A stretch of 63,944 nt of DNA, the filler included, from Lenisia limosa (lineage: Eukaryota > Protista > Breviatea), in assembly GCA_001655205.1 (NCBI GenBank). It is 13 parts of 13 records of this genome, joined end to end, with 100 filler letters (N's around TTAATTAATTAA, not from the genome) between each part and the next. Parts side by side here need not be neighbours in the genome. Positions count along the whole stretch, not along the records: positions 34,321 to 38,222 come from LPNZ01002055.1; positions 38,323 to 39,860 come from LPNZ01005355.1; positions 39,961 to 42,035 come from LPNZ01011059.1; positions 42,136 to 57,867 come from LPNZ01009211.1; 9 more parts are not named here. The stretch is one strand, 5' to 3'. The translations under genes were made by a program, and so were the position numbers. Below the pieces are notes generated by a model. That model worked only from the letters and a program-made list of their open reading frames with translations. It searched no databases and was not told the DNA's origin. Below are positions 37,522-50,700 of the stretch, in pieces. Position 1 is the stretch's first letter. Every line of letters begins with the position of its first letter.

Positions 37522-38109
37522 GTCCACACCCCCTTCCCCAGCATATAATTCTGATTTTCAGGAGCTACGGGTTCTGCACCTCCATCTTCCGACTCTTCCG
37601 ACTCAAATTTAGTTTCTGTTGGAGGGGAGGTATTATATGCTGGGAGGGGGGGTGACCCAAATCCACGTTCTCCCGAGTGCTACCTGTCTAGGGCTTCCCT
37701 ACGGCTCCGTAACGGATTATCTTGTTAAATCCTCGTTAATTATCGATGTCGAGTGTTTGCATCCCCCCCCCCCTCCACTACGATTTTTTTTTATCCCCCT
37801 CTGACTGCTGGATCCTGATGGCTTCTTGACATACATTTGGCTGATTGATTAAAAGATAACCTATTTCTACATACCAAGCAGGAAATACACTTTGTACTGA
37901 ATGTTATGAAACTATCCTGGTCAATCCGCGGTTCTGGGATAAAACTATTTTCAGATCTCTGCAGAACAACCTGATTTTTACCCTCCCTCCTCCAGTCTCT
38001 CTTGAACCGGGTGCAGCAACTCGAGACAAAGCTAAAGAGCCAAGTCAAAGCCATACAACAGCGAGTTTGCGGTGCTGTTTAGGGTGGTCATCCAATATCA
38101 AAGTATATA

Positions 38110-38187
38110 CAGTGACCGTGATAAGTCCTGACACGATTGGCTAAAGAAAAAAATCAAAACCCGTGTCAAAATGTATCGCTACCAGTG
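38110..38187. mobile_element. Tc1/mariner-type MITE (family D) flanked by TA on both sides
   Basis: TA|CAGTGACCGTGATAAGTCCTGACACGATTGG...TATCGCTACCAGTG|TA. Confidence 0.65.
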
Positions 38188-39155
38188 TACATTTATCTAT
38201 ATATAAGTTTTTCCATTGGGGGNNNNNNNNNNNNNNNNNNNNNNNNNNNNNNNNNNNNNNNNNNNNTTAATTAATTAANNNNNNNNNNNNNNNNNNNNNN
38301 NNNNNNNNNNNNNNNNNNNNNNGGGGACAATTGCAACCCAAAATCCTCCGCTGCTCAACATTTGGAATACTATAAGGGTTGAAAACAACAAAACAAACAC
38401 GGTTCAGGTTGATCAATTCTGTAACACTGGGGTGACGACAATAGAAATGCGTTATCCTCATCTTTTCCTCCCTATCCACCAAATTGTTTTTTCCATAGGA
38501 AAGCCATTACAAAGACACTCAATCATAACTTTGATTTGACATGTGAGAAAAGGGTTAGGCAAAAGCCGTCATCCCCGCAGGCTATCATCATATCATTATT
38601 TTTTTTACATTCATCTCCCAATAAGTCCAAATATAACCGACATGATACCCCCCCCCCCNNNNNNNNNNNNNNNNNNNNNNNNNNNNNNNNNNNNNNNNNN
38701 NNNNNNNNNNNNNNNNNNNNNNNNNNNNNNNNNNNNNNNNNNNNNNNNNNNNNNNNNNNNNNNNNNNNNNNNNNNNNNNNNNNNNNNNAGATGTCTTATG
38801 TTGCTTCCAGGAGCTGAGCCAGAATAAGAAGCAGAGAAGGACGAGACTCACCTGACTTGACATTCTTTAGAGCAGTATTTGGCGACTTTGCACCTCGCGC
38901 ATTGCTTAATGTCTTCAGACTCCTTACCACATTTATCACAACGGTCAGATGTCATTGTGCGCTCGTTCGTTTTCATGTTTTCGTTTGGGAGAGCTCTTTT
39001 TATATCATATGGTCTCCCCATGTTATACCCCTTTTAAAACCGGAAGAGAATAAAAAAGAAGAGAAGAAATAATAAATATATCTGAAATAAATAAATAAAT
39101 AAAGCTATATTTAAGGATAAAAAGAAATTAAATCAGAAAGAAGAAGAGAGAAGTC

Positions 39156-39218
39156 ATGAAATCTATTTTCTGCGTTATCCTGGCCATTCTGGCGCTGTTC
39201 TCTGTTGTCACTGCCACT
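39156..39218 (+). CDS. Signal-peptide-like first exon
   Basis: MKSIFCVILAILALFSVVTAT followed by a GTAAGC donor; downstream exons not resolved. Confidence 0.4.
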
Positions 39219-39960
39219 GTAAGCATGTATTCTATTGTATAACAAGGTTGTAACTATCCTTCAATGTGTCCCTTCCAACATTCCTCAGCGTCATCCACTC
39301 TTTCGATTTTGATCACCTTATCCGCCCCTTAACCTCATGCTTTAGAAAACGTAGAGGATTAATTTCACAGTTCCTCAGCATAGGTTGGTTATAATTGGGT
39401 CATGGGGAGGTATATGGTATAGTAGAGAATTTGGCAAATGATGGGATTTGGGATTTTGGAATGTGAGCCTCCACGTTCCATCATGGGTCACGTCCCAATC
39501 TGTCTGAAGGACTTGTCAAAAAATCCCAAAATCCCAAAATCTATCATCTTATCATCTTATCATCTTATCAATACCTCCTCCGAAAGCACACAAGGACGTC
39601 GCAGCCGTGGCAAGTACCGGAACTCGTCTTATAACTCATGGACTTACTATTTCCATATCATTGCGATCCCAGCGTTCTCACTCATTTTTCCCTAAGCCAC
39701 ACCTTAGAATATGACAACTTCTTAAGTCTCTCTCAGAATCTCACCCCAACTTTCAACATTCAACCCCCAAACTCATCTTTTAGACTTGATTGACATTTTA
39801 ATCCCACGGCTGCCTGGCGACTGAAGAGTGGAGAAATGTGGGAAGGGGGGGGGGGGGGGGNNNNNNNNNNNNNNNNNNNNNNNNNNNNNNNNNNNNNNNN
39901 NNNNTTAATTAATTAANNNNNNNNNNNNNNNNNNNNNNNNNNNNNNNNNNNNNNNNNNNN

Positions 39961-40510
39961 CATCCACGCAATTCTCATGGACCTGGAAGGATTCTGCAAA
40001 GATCCTTTGCAGTTCTTTGCCACGGCAAAATGCTTGAAACCGCCCCCCCCCACGCCATCTTAACCCAGCGCCAGCCAAGAAGTATTCAGCCAGGTTGGTT
40101 ACCACAGTCCATAGATGCTAGCCCCCCATTGAGAGCGACATCACCTCTGAGAAGACTCCGCCGCTGAAGATCAAGAAGCCGCAGCTGAGGACGCAGAAGT
40201 TGAGGGGGAGGGGGTCACAGATGGCTAACAACTTCAGCTTACCAAAAACTCCCACCGCAAAAATGGCTCCCCCAAGCTGCCCGACACCGCAACTTCAAAG
40301 GTATAGTAGGTATTTGATTACATATTGTATTGTTATTGGCTCTAGAAGGAATGTTTAATTGCTCTAGACTCCTGATTTGCTGCATTTGGAAGACAAAAGC
40401 AATATCGTCAACAACAAGGTTAGCAAGAAGATGTGCTCTTCTGAACTCTTATCCTATCTAGTTTGGCGACGGTAATCAACCTGCCAACGACACTTCAATG
40501 TACACCAATT
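39961..40510 (+). CDS. Exons of an unknown Pro/Ser/Lys-rich protein
   Basis: HAILMDLEGFCKDPLQFFATAKC..., PIESDITSEKTPPLKIKKPQLR...PTPQLQ and TPDLLHLEDKSNIVNNK, with GT/AG boundaries. Confidence 0.35.
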
Positions 40511-41156
40511 TCCATGTTGCTGGCTCGATACAGTTAGGATGGGCGATTTTTTTTTTTCTTTTCTTCTTATGACGGTCGGGGAGGGAAGCAGGGGGGGGGG
40601 GNNNNNNNNNNCGTGTCGACACGGTCTCTGACACGTCAACCGAGGCTTTGATGTCCTACAACATGTCGAGAGGCTTGACAAAATTGTTAAGATGGTATCG
40701 CCTTTCCGAGTGTGACGCGGTTTGCCGGCGCGACGCAAGGCGTGGAGCTCTTCCGAGCCGGTGACCGACCTAAATTCTGCTTCCTTCGTTGACCACGCGT
40801 GCGCCACCCAGTATCGCCTTATTAGTTTAAAGCGCCTGCTGTAAGGTTACTTAACATCATCGGAAGCGTAAATTACGTTGACGAGCCGTTATGTCCTTGG
40901 CTATATGCCTAGGGTGGCTGTCCTTCGTCAGAAGAGTGTTCCAACGTCTCGTTGACGACTAAGTTCTGTAGGTGTTACGATCCCGCTGCCTTAGATTCGG
41001 CAGGTGTAAGTGACGTGGAGCCTTATCTTGAAGAGGGCCAAGCCGACTCCTAATGTTCAGCCTTGAGAGCCTGGCCAACTTCGTGTCGTCGTCGCCGCCT
41101 TACTCTCGTGCTTGCAACTACGACTTCGTCTCCGGCCTCGTTGCCGCCCAGGTTGT

Positions 41157-41588
41157 GGCCAATTAATTGGTCAAATAAATTTGATTGAAAAGCTGACTTT
41201 AAAGTCATACTTTTCAGTGGTCAAAGACTGGAAATATATATCCCCTTTATTTTTTGTTTGAACAGATGACGTGATTTAGAATAAACTGATGGGTGAGGGG
41301 CGCGGTTTTNNNNNNNNNNGCGTGCGCCTTTACCATTTAGCTCTCAACATTTTCTTGTAAACCCAGACGGACAGCTTCATGTCACGTTGTATAGCAGTAT
41401 GTGTATTACAATGGTTTTATTTTGAAGGAAAGTTCGCCAATTAATTGGTCAAATAAATTTGTTTGAAAAGCTGACTTTAAAGTCATACTTTTCAGTGGTC
41501 AAAGACTGGAAATATATATCCCCTTTATTTTTTTGTTTGAACAGATGACGTGATTTAGAATAAACTGATGGGTGAGGGGCGCGGTTTT
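41157..41588. repeat. ~150-bp direct duplication (41157-41309 and 41436-41588) around a 10-N gap
   Basis: Near-identical copies of GCCAATTAATTGGTCAAATAAATTTG...GGGGCGCGGTTTT; may be an unmerged contig overlap. Confidence 0.85.
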
Positions 41589-42149
41589 AAAAAACAAAAA
41601 TCCGCTCGCGTTTTTGGTAGGTCCTATATGTGTACAATGATATTGAGGTAGNNNNNNNNNNNNNNNNNNNNNNNNNNNNNNNNNNNNNNNNNNNNNNNNN
41701 NNNNNNNNNNNNNNNNNNNNNNNNNNNNNNNNNNNNNNNNNNNNNNNNNNNNNNNNNNNNNNNNNNNNNNNNNNNNNNNNNNNNNNNTTCGCAATTTGAG
41801 TAAATACTAGAGCTCCGGGCAATTAATATTAATATATATTAATATCAAAATATTAATATATAATATTTCTTGAAGCAAAAAAAGGCATATATATTAATAC
41901 ATATTAATAAAAAATTAATATTAATACTAATACATATAATGCATCGCATTGTTCGTATCCGTCCTCATCAAAACATGTTGTGATGAAGATGCATTTTATG
42001 TTTACAATATTCAAAAAAAAAAAAACAATGCATAGNNNNNNNNNNNNNNNNNNNNNNNNNNNNNNNNNNNNNNNNNNNNTTAATTAATTAANNNNNNNNN
42101 NNNNNNNNNNNNNNNNNNNNNNNNNNNNNNNNNNNCCCCCCCCCCCCAG

Positions 42150-44382
42150 ACTGCAGCCACCACGGCGCCTACCTCTGAGACGATCAACATCAGCGGCCCC
42201 AAGTCCAAAAAGAACTTCCGATTTGACAAGGCCTACTGCTCCGAGACCACCCAGGTTTGTTTATTAATGGCATGCTTTCCATATTCGGGTAGGGCTTTCT
42301 ATATTAGGAAGGTTCTTTATTCTTACTGACTATATTAGGAAGAGGTCTTCCATGACACCAAGCCCGTCATTGAGAATGTTTTGGACGGATTCAATGTCTG
42401 CATCTTCGCTTATGGTAGGAGCCACAGCTTTCAGCATCATGCCCCCTCATTTTAAGCAATATGTTCACTTGTGTTTTTGTCATCTGGTTTTTGTCCAGTT
42501 TTTGTGTTGGTTGCAATGTTTGTCATTGCTTGTTTTTTTTTGTTTCTTGTTTGGAGTTTCAGATTATTCGGCTCGTGAATAGTACCTTTACGCCAATATT
42601 CTTCNNNNNNNNNNNNNNNNNNNNNNNNNNNNNNNNNNNNNNNNNNNNNNNNNNNNNNNNNNNNNNNNNNNNNNNNNNNNNNNNNNNNNNNNNNNNNNNN
42701 NNNNNNNNNNNNNNNNNNNNNNNNNNNNNNNNNNNNNNNNNNNAAACGACCCTGGTGTCAATATCCGTGCCATTCGCGCAATCTTCGATGGCGCCGACGC
42801 CATGGGAGAGGACTTTAGAGGTGAGGGGTATATTGAGAGTGTGTGGACGGACGGCTTCTGCCAGATACAACCTTGTTATTTCATACAACCTTTTGTCAGA
42901 TACAATTTTGTTTTGTTTATCATTACTACACAACACAAAAACCCATGTCCTCCCCGCTTATCCTCGTAGTCAACGTGTCCGTGAGTGTGATGGAGATCTA
43001 TAACGAAACGCTGGTGGACCTCCTCCAATCCAAGGGCAACTCTGAGTGGGGGTGAGGAGTGAAGTTTGAATTCTTTTGTCATTTTAATTTTGGGTCGGAA
43101 TTTTCAGCGAAATAACCCTCATTCATTTTCACCTTGCCAAAAGAGTTTCCACCCAGATCTCTTGATCATTATTCACCCCCGCCCAGGACGCTGGAGATCA
43201 AGCAGACCAGCACGGGGGCCATGTCAGTGCCCAAACTCAAATCCGTGGATGTCATAGTGGGGGGATTGGAATTCATCTTCTGACCCAACATGCATTGCTC
43301 AAGTTTGTTTTTGCTGCACCTCAAGCCTTATCACCCCCCCCCCCNNNNNNNNNNNNNNNNNNNNNNNNNNNNNNNNNNNNNNNNNNNNNNNNNNNNNNNN
43401 NNNNNNNNNNNNNNNNNNNNNNNNNNNNNNNNNNNNNNNNNNNNNNNNNNNNNNNNNNNNNNNNNNNNNNNNNNNNNNNNNNNNNNNNNNNNNNNNNNNN
43501 NNNNNNNNNNNNNNNNNNNNNNNNNNNNNNNGGTGATGAAGACGGCCAACTCACACCGGGCGGTTGCCGCGACCAACATGAACGAGCACTCCTCAAGATC
43601 TCATCTGGTAGTGCAGGTGAGATGATGGCTCAACTTTTCAACACAGAAATGATGGGTCAACTTTTCAACACAGAAATGATGGAGGGGAAATGAGATATCA
43701 GTTTTAGTGCGCAAGGTATAAGCCTGGCCGAGTTCGACTCGTTGCTTCTCATTTTACAACAAATATTTTGGTTTGATATGGCCGTATAGAATCTACTGTC
43801 CTATATGAACGTTTCATGAACGACTTATATTAACCTATCAAAGGTACTACCCTCACATTGACCCGTCCTCCATAATCCCCCCTACAGGCCCTGGTAACAA
43901 GTGCCAACGTTGTGACGCATGCTGTGCATTGTGGCAAGTTAACCCTTGTTGATCTGGCAGGATCCGAGCGCGTCAGTAAATCCGGATCAACTGATTTGCG
44001 TCTCAAAGTGAGTGGGCTTTTGTCGGGTTTGTTTCGGTGTTTTCAACCCTCATGTGTCTCTAGTCAACAGAGTTTTGTTTCTNNNNNNNNNNNNNNNNNN
44101 NNNNNNNNNNNNNNNNNNNNNNNNNNNNNNNNNNNNNNNNNNNNNNNNNNNNNNNNNNNNNNNNNNNNNNNNNNNNNNNNNNNNNNNNNNNNNNNNNNNN
44201 NNNNNNNNNNNNNNNNNNNNNNNNNNNNNNNNNNNNNNNNNNNNNNNNNNNNNNNNNNNNNNNNNNNNNNNNNNNNNAATCCCTGTCATCTCTTGGCGAT
44301 GTCATCAGTGCACTCGCCGGGAAATCCACCCATGTTCCTTACAGGAATTCGAAGCTGACGTTCCTTCTCAAAGACTCACTCG
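42150..44382 (+). CDS. Kinesin motor domain, kinesin-14 (KIFC-like) type, partial
   Basis: [119 protein letters not shown]; P-loop exon falls in a gap. Confidence 0.93.
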
Positions 44383-44778
44383 GTTGGTGGACATCTTCTT
44401 TATAGATAGTGGGGGCAACTGGAACAGATACCAACTTGTTTTATTTCTTATCAACATATGCATATGCATATATACATATTTTCCCACATTCTCCCCTTGT
44501 TTGTTTTGTNNNNNNNNNNNNNNNNNNNNNNNNNNNNNNNNNNNNNNNNNNNNNNNNNNNNNNNNNNNNNNNNNNNNNNNNNNNNNNNNNNNNNNNNNNN
44601 NNNNNNNNNNNNNNNNNNNNNNNNNNNNNNNNNNNNNNNNNNNNNNNNNNNNNNNNNNNNNNNNNNNNNNNNNNNNNNNNNNNNNNNNNNNNNNNNNNNN
44701 NNNNNNNNNNNNNNNNNNNNNNNNNNNCACCAGGTACACGGGATGGTGGTTTTACTCATCGAGCATGCAGCGGGACTC

Positions 44779-44878
44779 ATAAGAACGGGTTCAAACCCTC
44801 GTGTATTTCTAATAAGAATGGGTTCATACCCTCGTGTATTTCTAATAAGAATGGGTTCATACCATCGTGTATTTCTAA
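44779..44878. repeat. ~33-bp tandem repeat x3
   Basis: TAAGAA(C/T)GGGTTCA(A/T)ACC(C/A)TCGTGTATTTCTAA. Confidence 0.9.
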
Positions 44879-47314
44879 TGTACCATTGTTTTTTTTTGTT
44901 TCAAAATTTACGTCCGTTAACCCCNNNNNNNNNNNNNNNNNNNNNNNNNNNNNNNNNNNNNNNNNNNNNNNNNNNNNNNNNNNNNNNNNNNNNNNNNNNN
45001 NNNNNNNNNNNNNNNNNNNNNNNNNNNNNNNNNNNNNNNNNNNNNNNNNNNNNNNNNNNNNNNNNNNNNNNNNNNNNNNNNNNNNNNNNNNNNNNNNNNN
45101 NNNNNNNNNNNNNNNNNNNNNNNNNNNNNNNNNNNNNNNNNNNNNNNNNNNNNNNNNNNNNCTCCACCGCCTCTTGGGAACTCCTTCTGACATTTCAGGA
45201 ATCAAGTGAAATTGCCTCACTACAACTCAAAATCACCAAACTCAAAGTGGGGGGAGGGGGGTTCAGTTCGTGTTGTTACTGTATGTGGTTTGTTCCACAG
45301 CATCCTTATATTCACTGCTTAGGACGCCTTAATTAACGCGAACGTCCCACTCCCTTAGATTGGTTGTGACACTGATATCTGTATGTATTCTGTATTGTGT
45401 GTAAAATGTTGTATAATGTAGAGGTTTAAAACGGTCATTGCCATATTTGGAAGGTGTTGGTCTAGTATATAACTCGGGGCAAAAGGCAAATGTCTGTGTG
45501 AGGTACTCTCGTCTCTTGTATCGAGGAGGGTGAGAAGAAAACTGCTTTGCAGTGAGGTATCTCCGACTCAAGAGGTTCAAAAAGAGACAAGTGACTAACT
45601 GGGTGATAGAATTCATGGTCACATATCTGACCAATAGTTCTCAGTAATAATGAAAGTTTCTTAGGTGATTGAATTAAACCTGCACTGAACACCTAATAGA
45701 TTTCACCTGATATGTTGACTTTTTATCACTACTCACTACCCCAAAAGGAAAGTTTTGAATGATGACATGAGTGTGAATTCCATTGGTCTTGGAACAGTTT
45801 AACCGCTGGATCTTTATGACCCTTGTTTCAATAGAACAATCATCTACACCAACACAGTTACACATTCATTGGAATCAAAAAATACTACAACCAAAACCTG
45901 GTCTATCTTAGGGGGGGGCCATCCTAGACTACTTTCTTGATAGGGAAGGAAGATGGTGACGCGCAGGCTTGATTGGGCGCTTCACTGAACCTGATGGGTG
46001 GATTATATTGTGTATTGTTTGTGTATATATATGTGATGGATACAACAAGACAACGCAAACTACATTGAAAGAATCGTTGTCAAGAGAACTAAGCTGAAAG
46101 TGATCACTCAGATCAGCACCACACGACACACTAGATTATGTCTCCTTATTAACAATTGCCCCACCCACTCGAGGATTGTTTACGTTTTGAGGGTTCGGGA
46201 GAGACCATAGAGTCCCTTACGTTCTGCGGAAATGAAACAATCTCAACACAAATAACCGGAATGGCATCACGTTGTCAAGAGCATAACCCCCCACCACCAC
46301 TCTCACCCCTCGNNNNNNNNNNNNNNNNNNNNNNNNNNNNNNNNNNNNNNNNNNNNNNNNNNNNNNNNNNNNNNNNNNNNNNNNNNNNNNNNNNTTTTTT
46401 GGATCCCCCATCTTCTTCCATTATCCCTCCCTACGCTGCCACTCGACAATCTCGCTGCACGTGACTGCGCAGATTCAAAATAGACCTCCGGATTGTCCTG
46501 AGAGGGGCGATAGGTAACACAATAAGATATGCCCATATCCATGGTAATATGATAAGATAGATTAATACTTATGTTTCCCTAGATATATTTAATATATTTT
46601 CCTGTCCGCGTCTATCCACCTAACCTCCTTGAAGGATGAGATGCCGGCAGATATGTTACTTTGTCGCTCGGGTTTTAGTCCTTGCTGGGGGTGGGGGTAA
46701 GATGGGTGGAGTTGATGAAGATACACCCACCCTCCACAAACCTTCCACTCCGTGCTCCAAACGTCGTCAACATCCCGGGTTTTATGTAAGTTGTCCATCC
46801 GCCTGTGTTGANNNNNNNNNNNNNNNNNNNNNNNNNNNNNNNNNNNNNNNNNNNNNNNNNNNNNNNNNNNNNNNNNNNNNNNNNNNNNNNNNNNNNNNNN
46901 NNNNNNNNNNNNNNNNNNNNNNNNNNNNNNNNNNNNNNNNNNNNNNNNNNNNNNNNNNNNNNNNNNNNNNNNNNNNNNNNNNNNNNNNNNNNNNNNNNNN
47001 NCCAACACCCAGCATACCCCGTTTCCCCCCAGTGCCTCTTTTGTTCCGTCTGACCGCATCAAATCCTTGGATTCAATTCCCTATATGGTAAGTAAGTGTC
47101 AACTTCTGGGTAATTAATTTCCTTATATGGTAAGTTGATGACACTTTTTTATATATGATACAGTATGAACATTCAACTTAACCCACCTTTCCCTTTGCTC
47201 GTCTTGAGGGAGACGAGTCAGCAACTAATAAGTCAGCAGGGGTAGTATTTGGCAGTTTGACACTGGTAGTCTTTGTATTTGAAGGCCCCGTAATACACTG
47301 CTACCACACCCCAA

Positions 47315-47403
47315 TAGGACTCCACTTCGGTTCGAAAAACATCGGTAAAATATCGATATTTATCGAGAAATTTAGTCTTTTTTCGAAATGAAGTGAAGCC
47401 CTA
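47315..47403. mobile_element. hAT-type MITE (CACTTCGG subfamily)
   Basis: TAGGACTCCACTTCGGTTCGAAAA...TTTTCGAAATGAAGTGAAGCCCTA; further copies at 33243-33333, 54900-54977, 57837 (partial), 58210-58309, 60177-60266, 60351-60436, 61308-61401 and 63783-63848. Confidence 0.8.
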
Positions 47404-47759
47404 CACCTTTTACAGTATCTACCCATAGCCGCCACCATTACCCATTCCATCAGTATAAACCCATTATCCGCCCACCAGAGCCGCTACAAGGCAGTCCGGT
47501 ACCGGCTAAAGTCGGGGCATGTTCGGGTCGTCCTGGGGTATGGTGTTATATGTGCTAGGAGGTAAAGTGCGTGCAAAGGCTGTATACATGAAAAAGGTGA
47601 CAATATCTCGATATATATTTAGCTATGATATGATATAATATTTGTTATGTACATTATATTGTGGGTTGGTTGAAAAGTGGAAGTGTGGAAGTGAATGGGG
47701 ATATAAGGTTGGTTGAAAAGTGGAAGTGAATGGGGATATAAGGGAGTGACTGCTCTCCA

Positions 47760-50700
47760 CTCACCTGGCGTTCTCGCTATCAAATTGGATCTCTCCTTCT
47801 TATTGGACCTCTGAGGGGATCAATAATCGAAAAGGGACATAATACAAGCAACACAATATCAAAGACCACATTGACAAGGACTTTCTGCCTATAATTGAGT
47901 CAAATAGGGGGGGTGCTTTCATGAAGTAAAATCCTGACTAAAGTCATTCTTGCCTCCAGAACGACAATGGAGAGTTCCATCATCTACCCCATTCTCTCTA
48001 ACAACTTTGGGCTTCTTCAGGTTTGAGTGGATAATTGGGGGGTGGATTGCAGGTTATTTCTCTCTTGCTGCATTAGGAATCAAGTTTGCATTGGCGGCTA
48101 CGCAAAGATTTAGGAATCAAGCATGCATTGCCGGCGACGCAAAGATTTGGGAATCAAGCATGCATTGCCGGCTACGCAGAGATTTAGGAATCAAGCATGC
48201 ATTGCCGGCTACGCAAAGATTTACTCAGCGAGGACGTGTTTGTCCGCTCTGGTGACCTCTTACCACTGAGTCCTCAGCAATGATTGTTATCCGGTGTGAC
48301 TTGTGATGGAACAGGTTTGATTTCGTGAGGTGTTGTAAATGTTCACTTAATACTTCGATCGTAGTAGACTTCCACTGTAGTAGGGGAGCAGCGCTTTGGC
48401 CCTCCTCTCAGTATATTTTATGCCATTTGTTAATACGGTTGAGAAAAATGTGTTAGTCTTCTTGCTTTCGCCTAAACCCTAAATTTTTGTAATAAATCCT
48501 ACACTCTTTTGGCACCCTGCTTTAAGAAAACAATACAAGCAAAAACAACAACATAATATTACCTGTTCATCCCCTTCCCCTACTAAGGATGTGTCCAGGC
48601 CAGCTGAGGGCATTTTCTCGGTTAAATACATAAGGTTGGCAAGAGGGTCTCTCTCCTCTTCTGCGGGGGGGGGGGGGNNNNNNNNNNNNNNNNNNNNNNN
48701 NNNNNNNNNNNNNNNNNNNNNNNNNNNNNNNNNNNNNNNNNNNNNNNNNNNNNNNNNNNNNNNNNNNNNNNNNNNNNNNNNNNNNNNNNNNNNNNNNNNN
48801 NNNNNNNNNNNNNNNNNNNNGGCTGACACCACAGGATGATGTGAATCATATGAAACAAAACCTCTATCCGCTAAAATCTGAGAACAAACACGAGGGTTGA
48901 AAGCAATAAAACAATCTTATATGGTCTCCTCGTGGGTGAGTGTGGTCCAAGGACGGGTTACACTCCTNNNNNNNNNNTCTCATCATCACCCGCCCATAAT
49001 ACCATCCCTCTCATCATCACCCGCCCGTGTAGCACCCCTACCAGTGGTTCTGTTCGTTCTCACGGATTCGGACACCTTGGCAAGAGAAGCCGTGGAGTGG
49101 ATTTTAGAGAACTTCTTGCCCTGTGGGGAGGGGGGTAAAACAAATCGATGAATAATTTTGGCGGAAAGGTATTGATAACGAACCGAATAATCTGATTGGG
49201 GGGGGGGGGTAAAACAAACGAAGCCTGTGTCACGTCACATTATANNNNNNNNNNNNNNNNNNNNNNNNNNNNNNNNNNNNNNNNNNNNNNNNNNNNNNNN
49301 NNNNNNNNNNNNNNNNNNNNNNNNNNNNNNNNNNNNNNNNNNNNATCCCCCAACCTCCTTAGACCTTAGCACGGCCTGGGCTGAAGCCACACTCGAGGTT
49401 TCATCAACTGCTTTGTCAGAATACTCTCTGCATTAAACCCCAACAGAATAATAACCCTGTAAAAAAAAAATTACATACATCCATAATGAATAACACCACC
49501 CCACAATATGACGCATCAGCAGTTTGTTGTTCCCGTGCCGACTGAACAGGGTGAGAATGGTCAAATGGTGGTAGTATCAAGCCGAAGCCATCCACTCCAT
49601 TGTATGAAGGTAGTGAAGCGAGTTTAGAGTGAAAATTGAACCCCTTCCTCATCAAGCAAGTATATCTCCATACCACCCACCTTCCCTCCAACCAGCTGTA
49701 CTGCGCTCCACAGAATCGTAATTTCATTCTCAGAATATACCCTCTTACCATATCTCCATTAGCGCATCGTTTTCTCAAAACCTCAATTTGGATTCATTCG
49801 AATATTCGTCATGTTTAAACCGTAGTTAGGCCCCTTTCTGTTCCTAAATATATCTTTACCCCCAACCTCAAACCCTCATACAAGTTTACCTCCATAACGC
49901 CAGTTAACCCACACCTCCACAACAGCACAACAGCATCGTTCCAGCTCAAAGCCAACACGCACCTCCATAACAGCATCGTTCCAGTTCAAAGCGAGCGCCA
50001 TTGCCGCACTGCTCTGTCCGGCTAAAGAGCGTTGGCGGCTTGGACGGTCCACCATAGTGTGGCCCTTCTGGGGGGATGAGAAGGGGAGGGAAATTACACA
50101 AAAACACCAAAATCAAGTATTTCAACAACAACAAAAATAATAATGAGAGGAAGTGGGTAAAAGGTGTGCTGTCATGGGTGTTGATGGAATAGAATACATG
50201 TTATCTGGTCCAGGATTGTTCATAAGTCTCATCACTCCAACTCACCTTCTGCGTTAATGGAGCAAATAAGCCCATTTCAACCTCTTCTTTTTCAACTGAA
50301 TTGTTATATCGCAATATTTTGTACATCATTGTAACATCATCATCATTATCATCTTTATCATCATCATCATCACCACCTTCTTTATCATCGCCAGCACCTC
50401 CAACCAGTATCTTATTCTTCACCATCATCCCAATATGTATTGTCACCACCAATACCACTCACCGATATCCTCATAATCCCCATCCTCGGGTTCTGAAACA
50501 GGTCGAGGCGATTCCGGCGGCGTGGGTGGCCTATCCGGGATCGCGTCCAAAAAGGCTATGTCTACAAGGAGTGTTGTATTAGATAAAGAAGTTGTGTTTG
50601 AGGCAATCACATAATTAATCATAATCCCTTACCAAAATAAATCAATCCAATCTCTTACCATAAAAGGCAATTCATGACATCAACCCCCCAACCTGCATCA

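Noticed and set aside
40612-41155. GC-rich island as a foreign or horizontally acquired gene
   Set aside because: No frame on either strand stays open or resembles a known family; it may be unresolved exons, but no call can be supported.
41157-41588. LTR pair or biologically meaningful direct repeat
   Set aside because: Near-identical copies flank a 10-N gap with no TG...CA ends or internal coding; an unmerged contig overlap is more likely.
41820-41940. Extremely AT-rich tract as an origin or centromeric element
   Set aside because: Simple ATTAAT low complexity near a gap with no other support.
48470-48486. Telomere-like CCCTAAA
   Set aside because: At most two partial units with no array.
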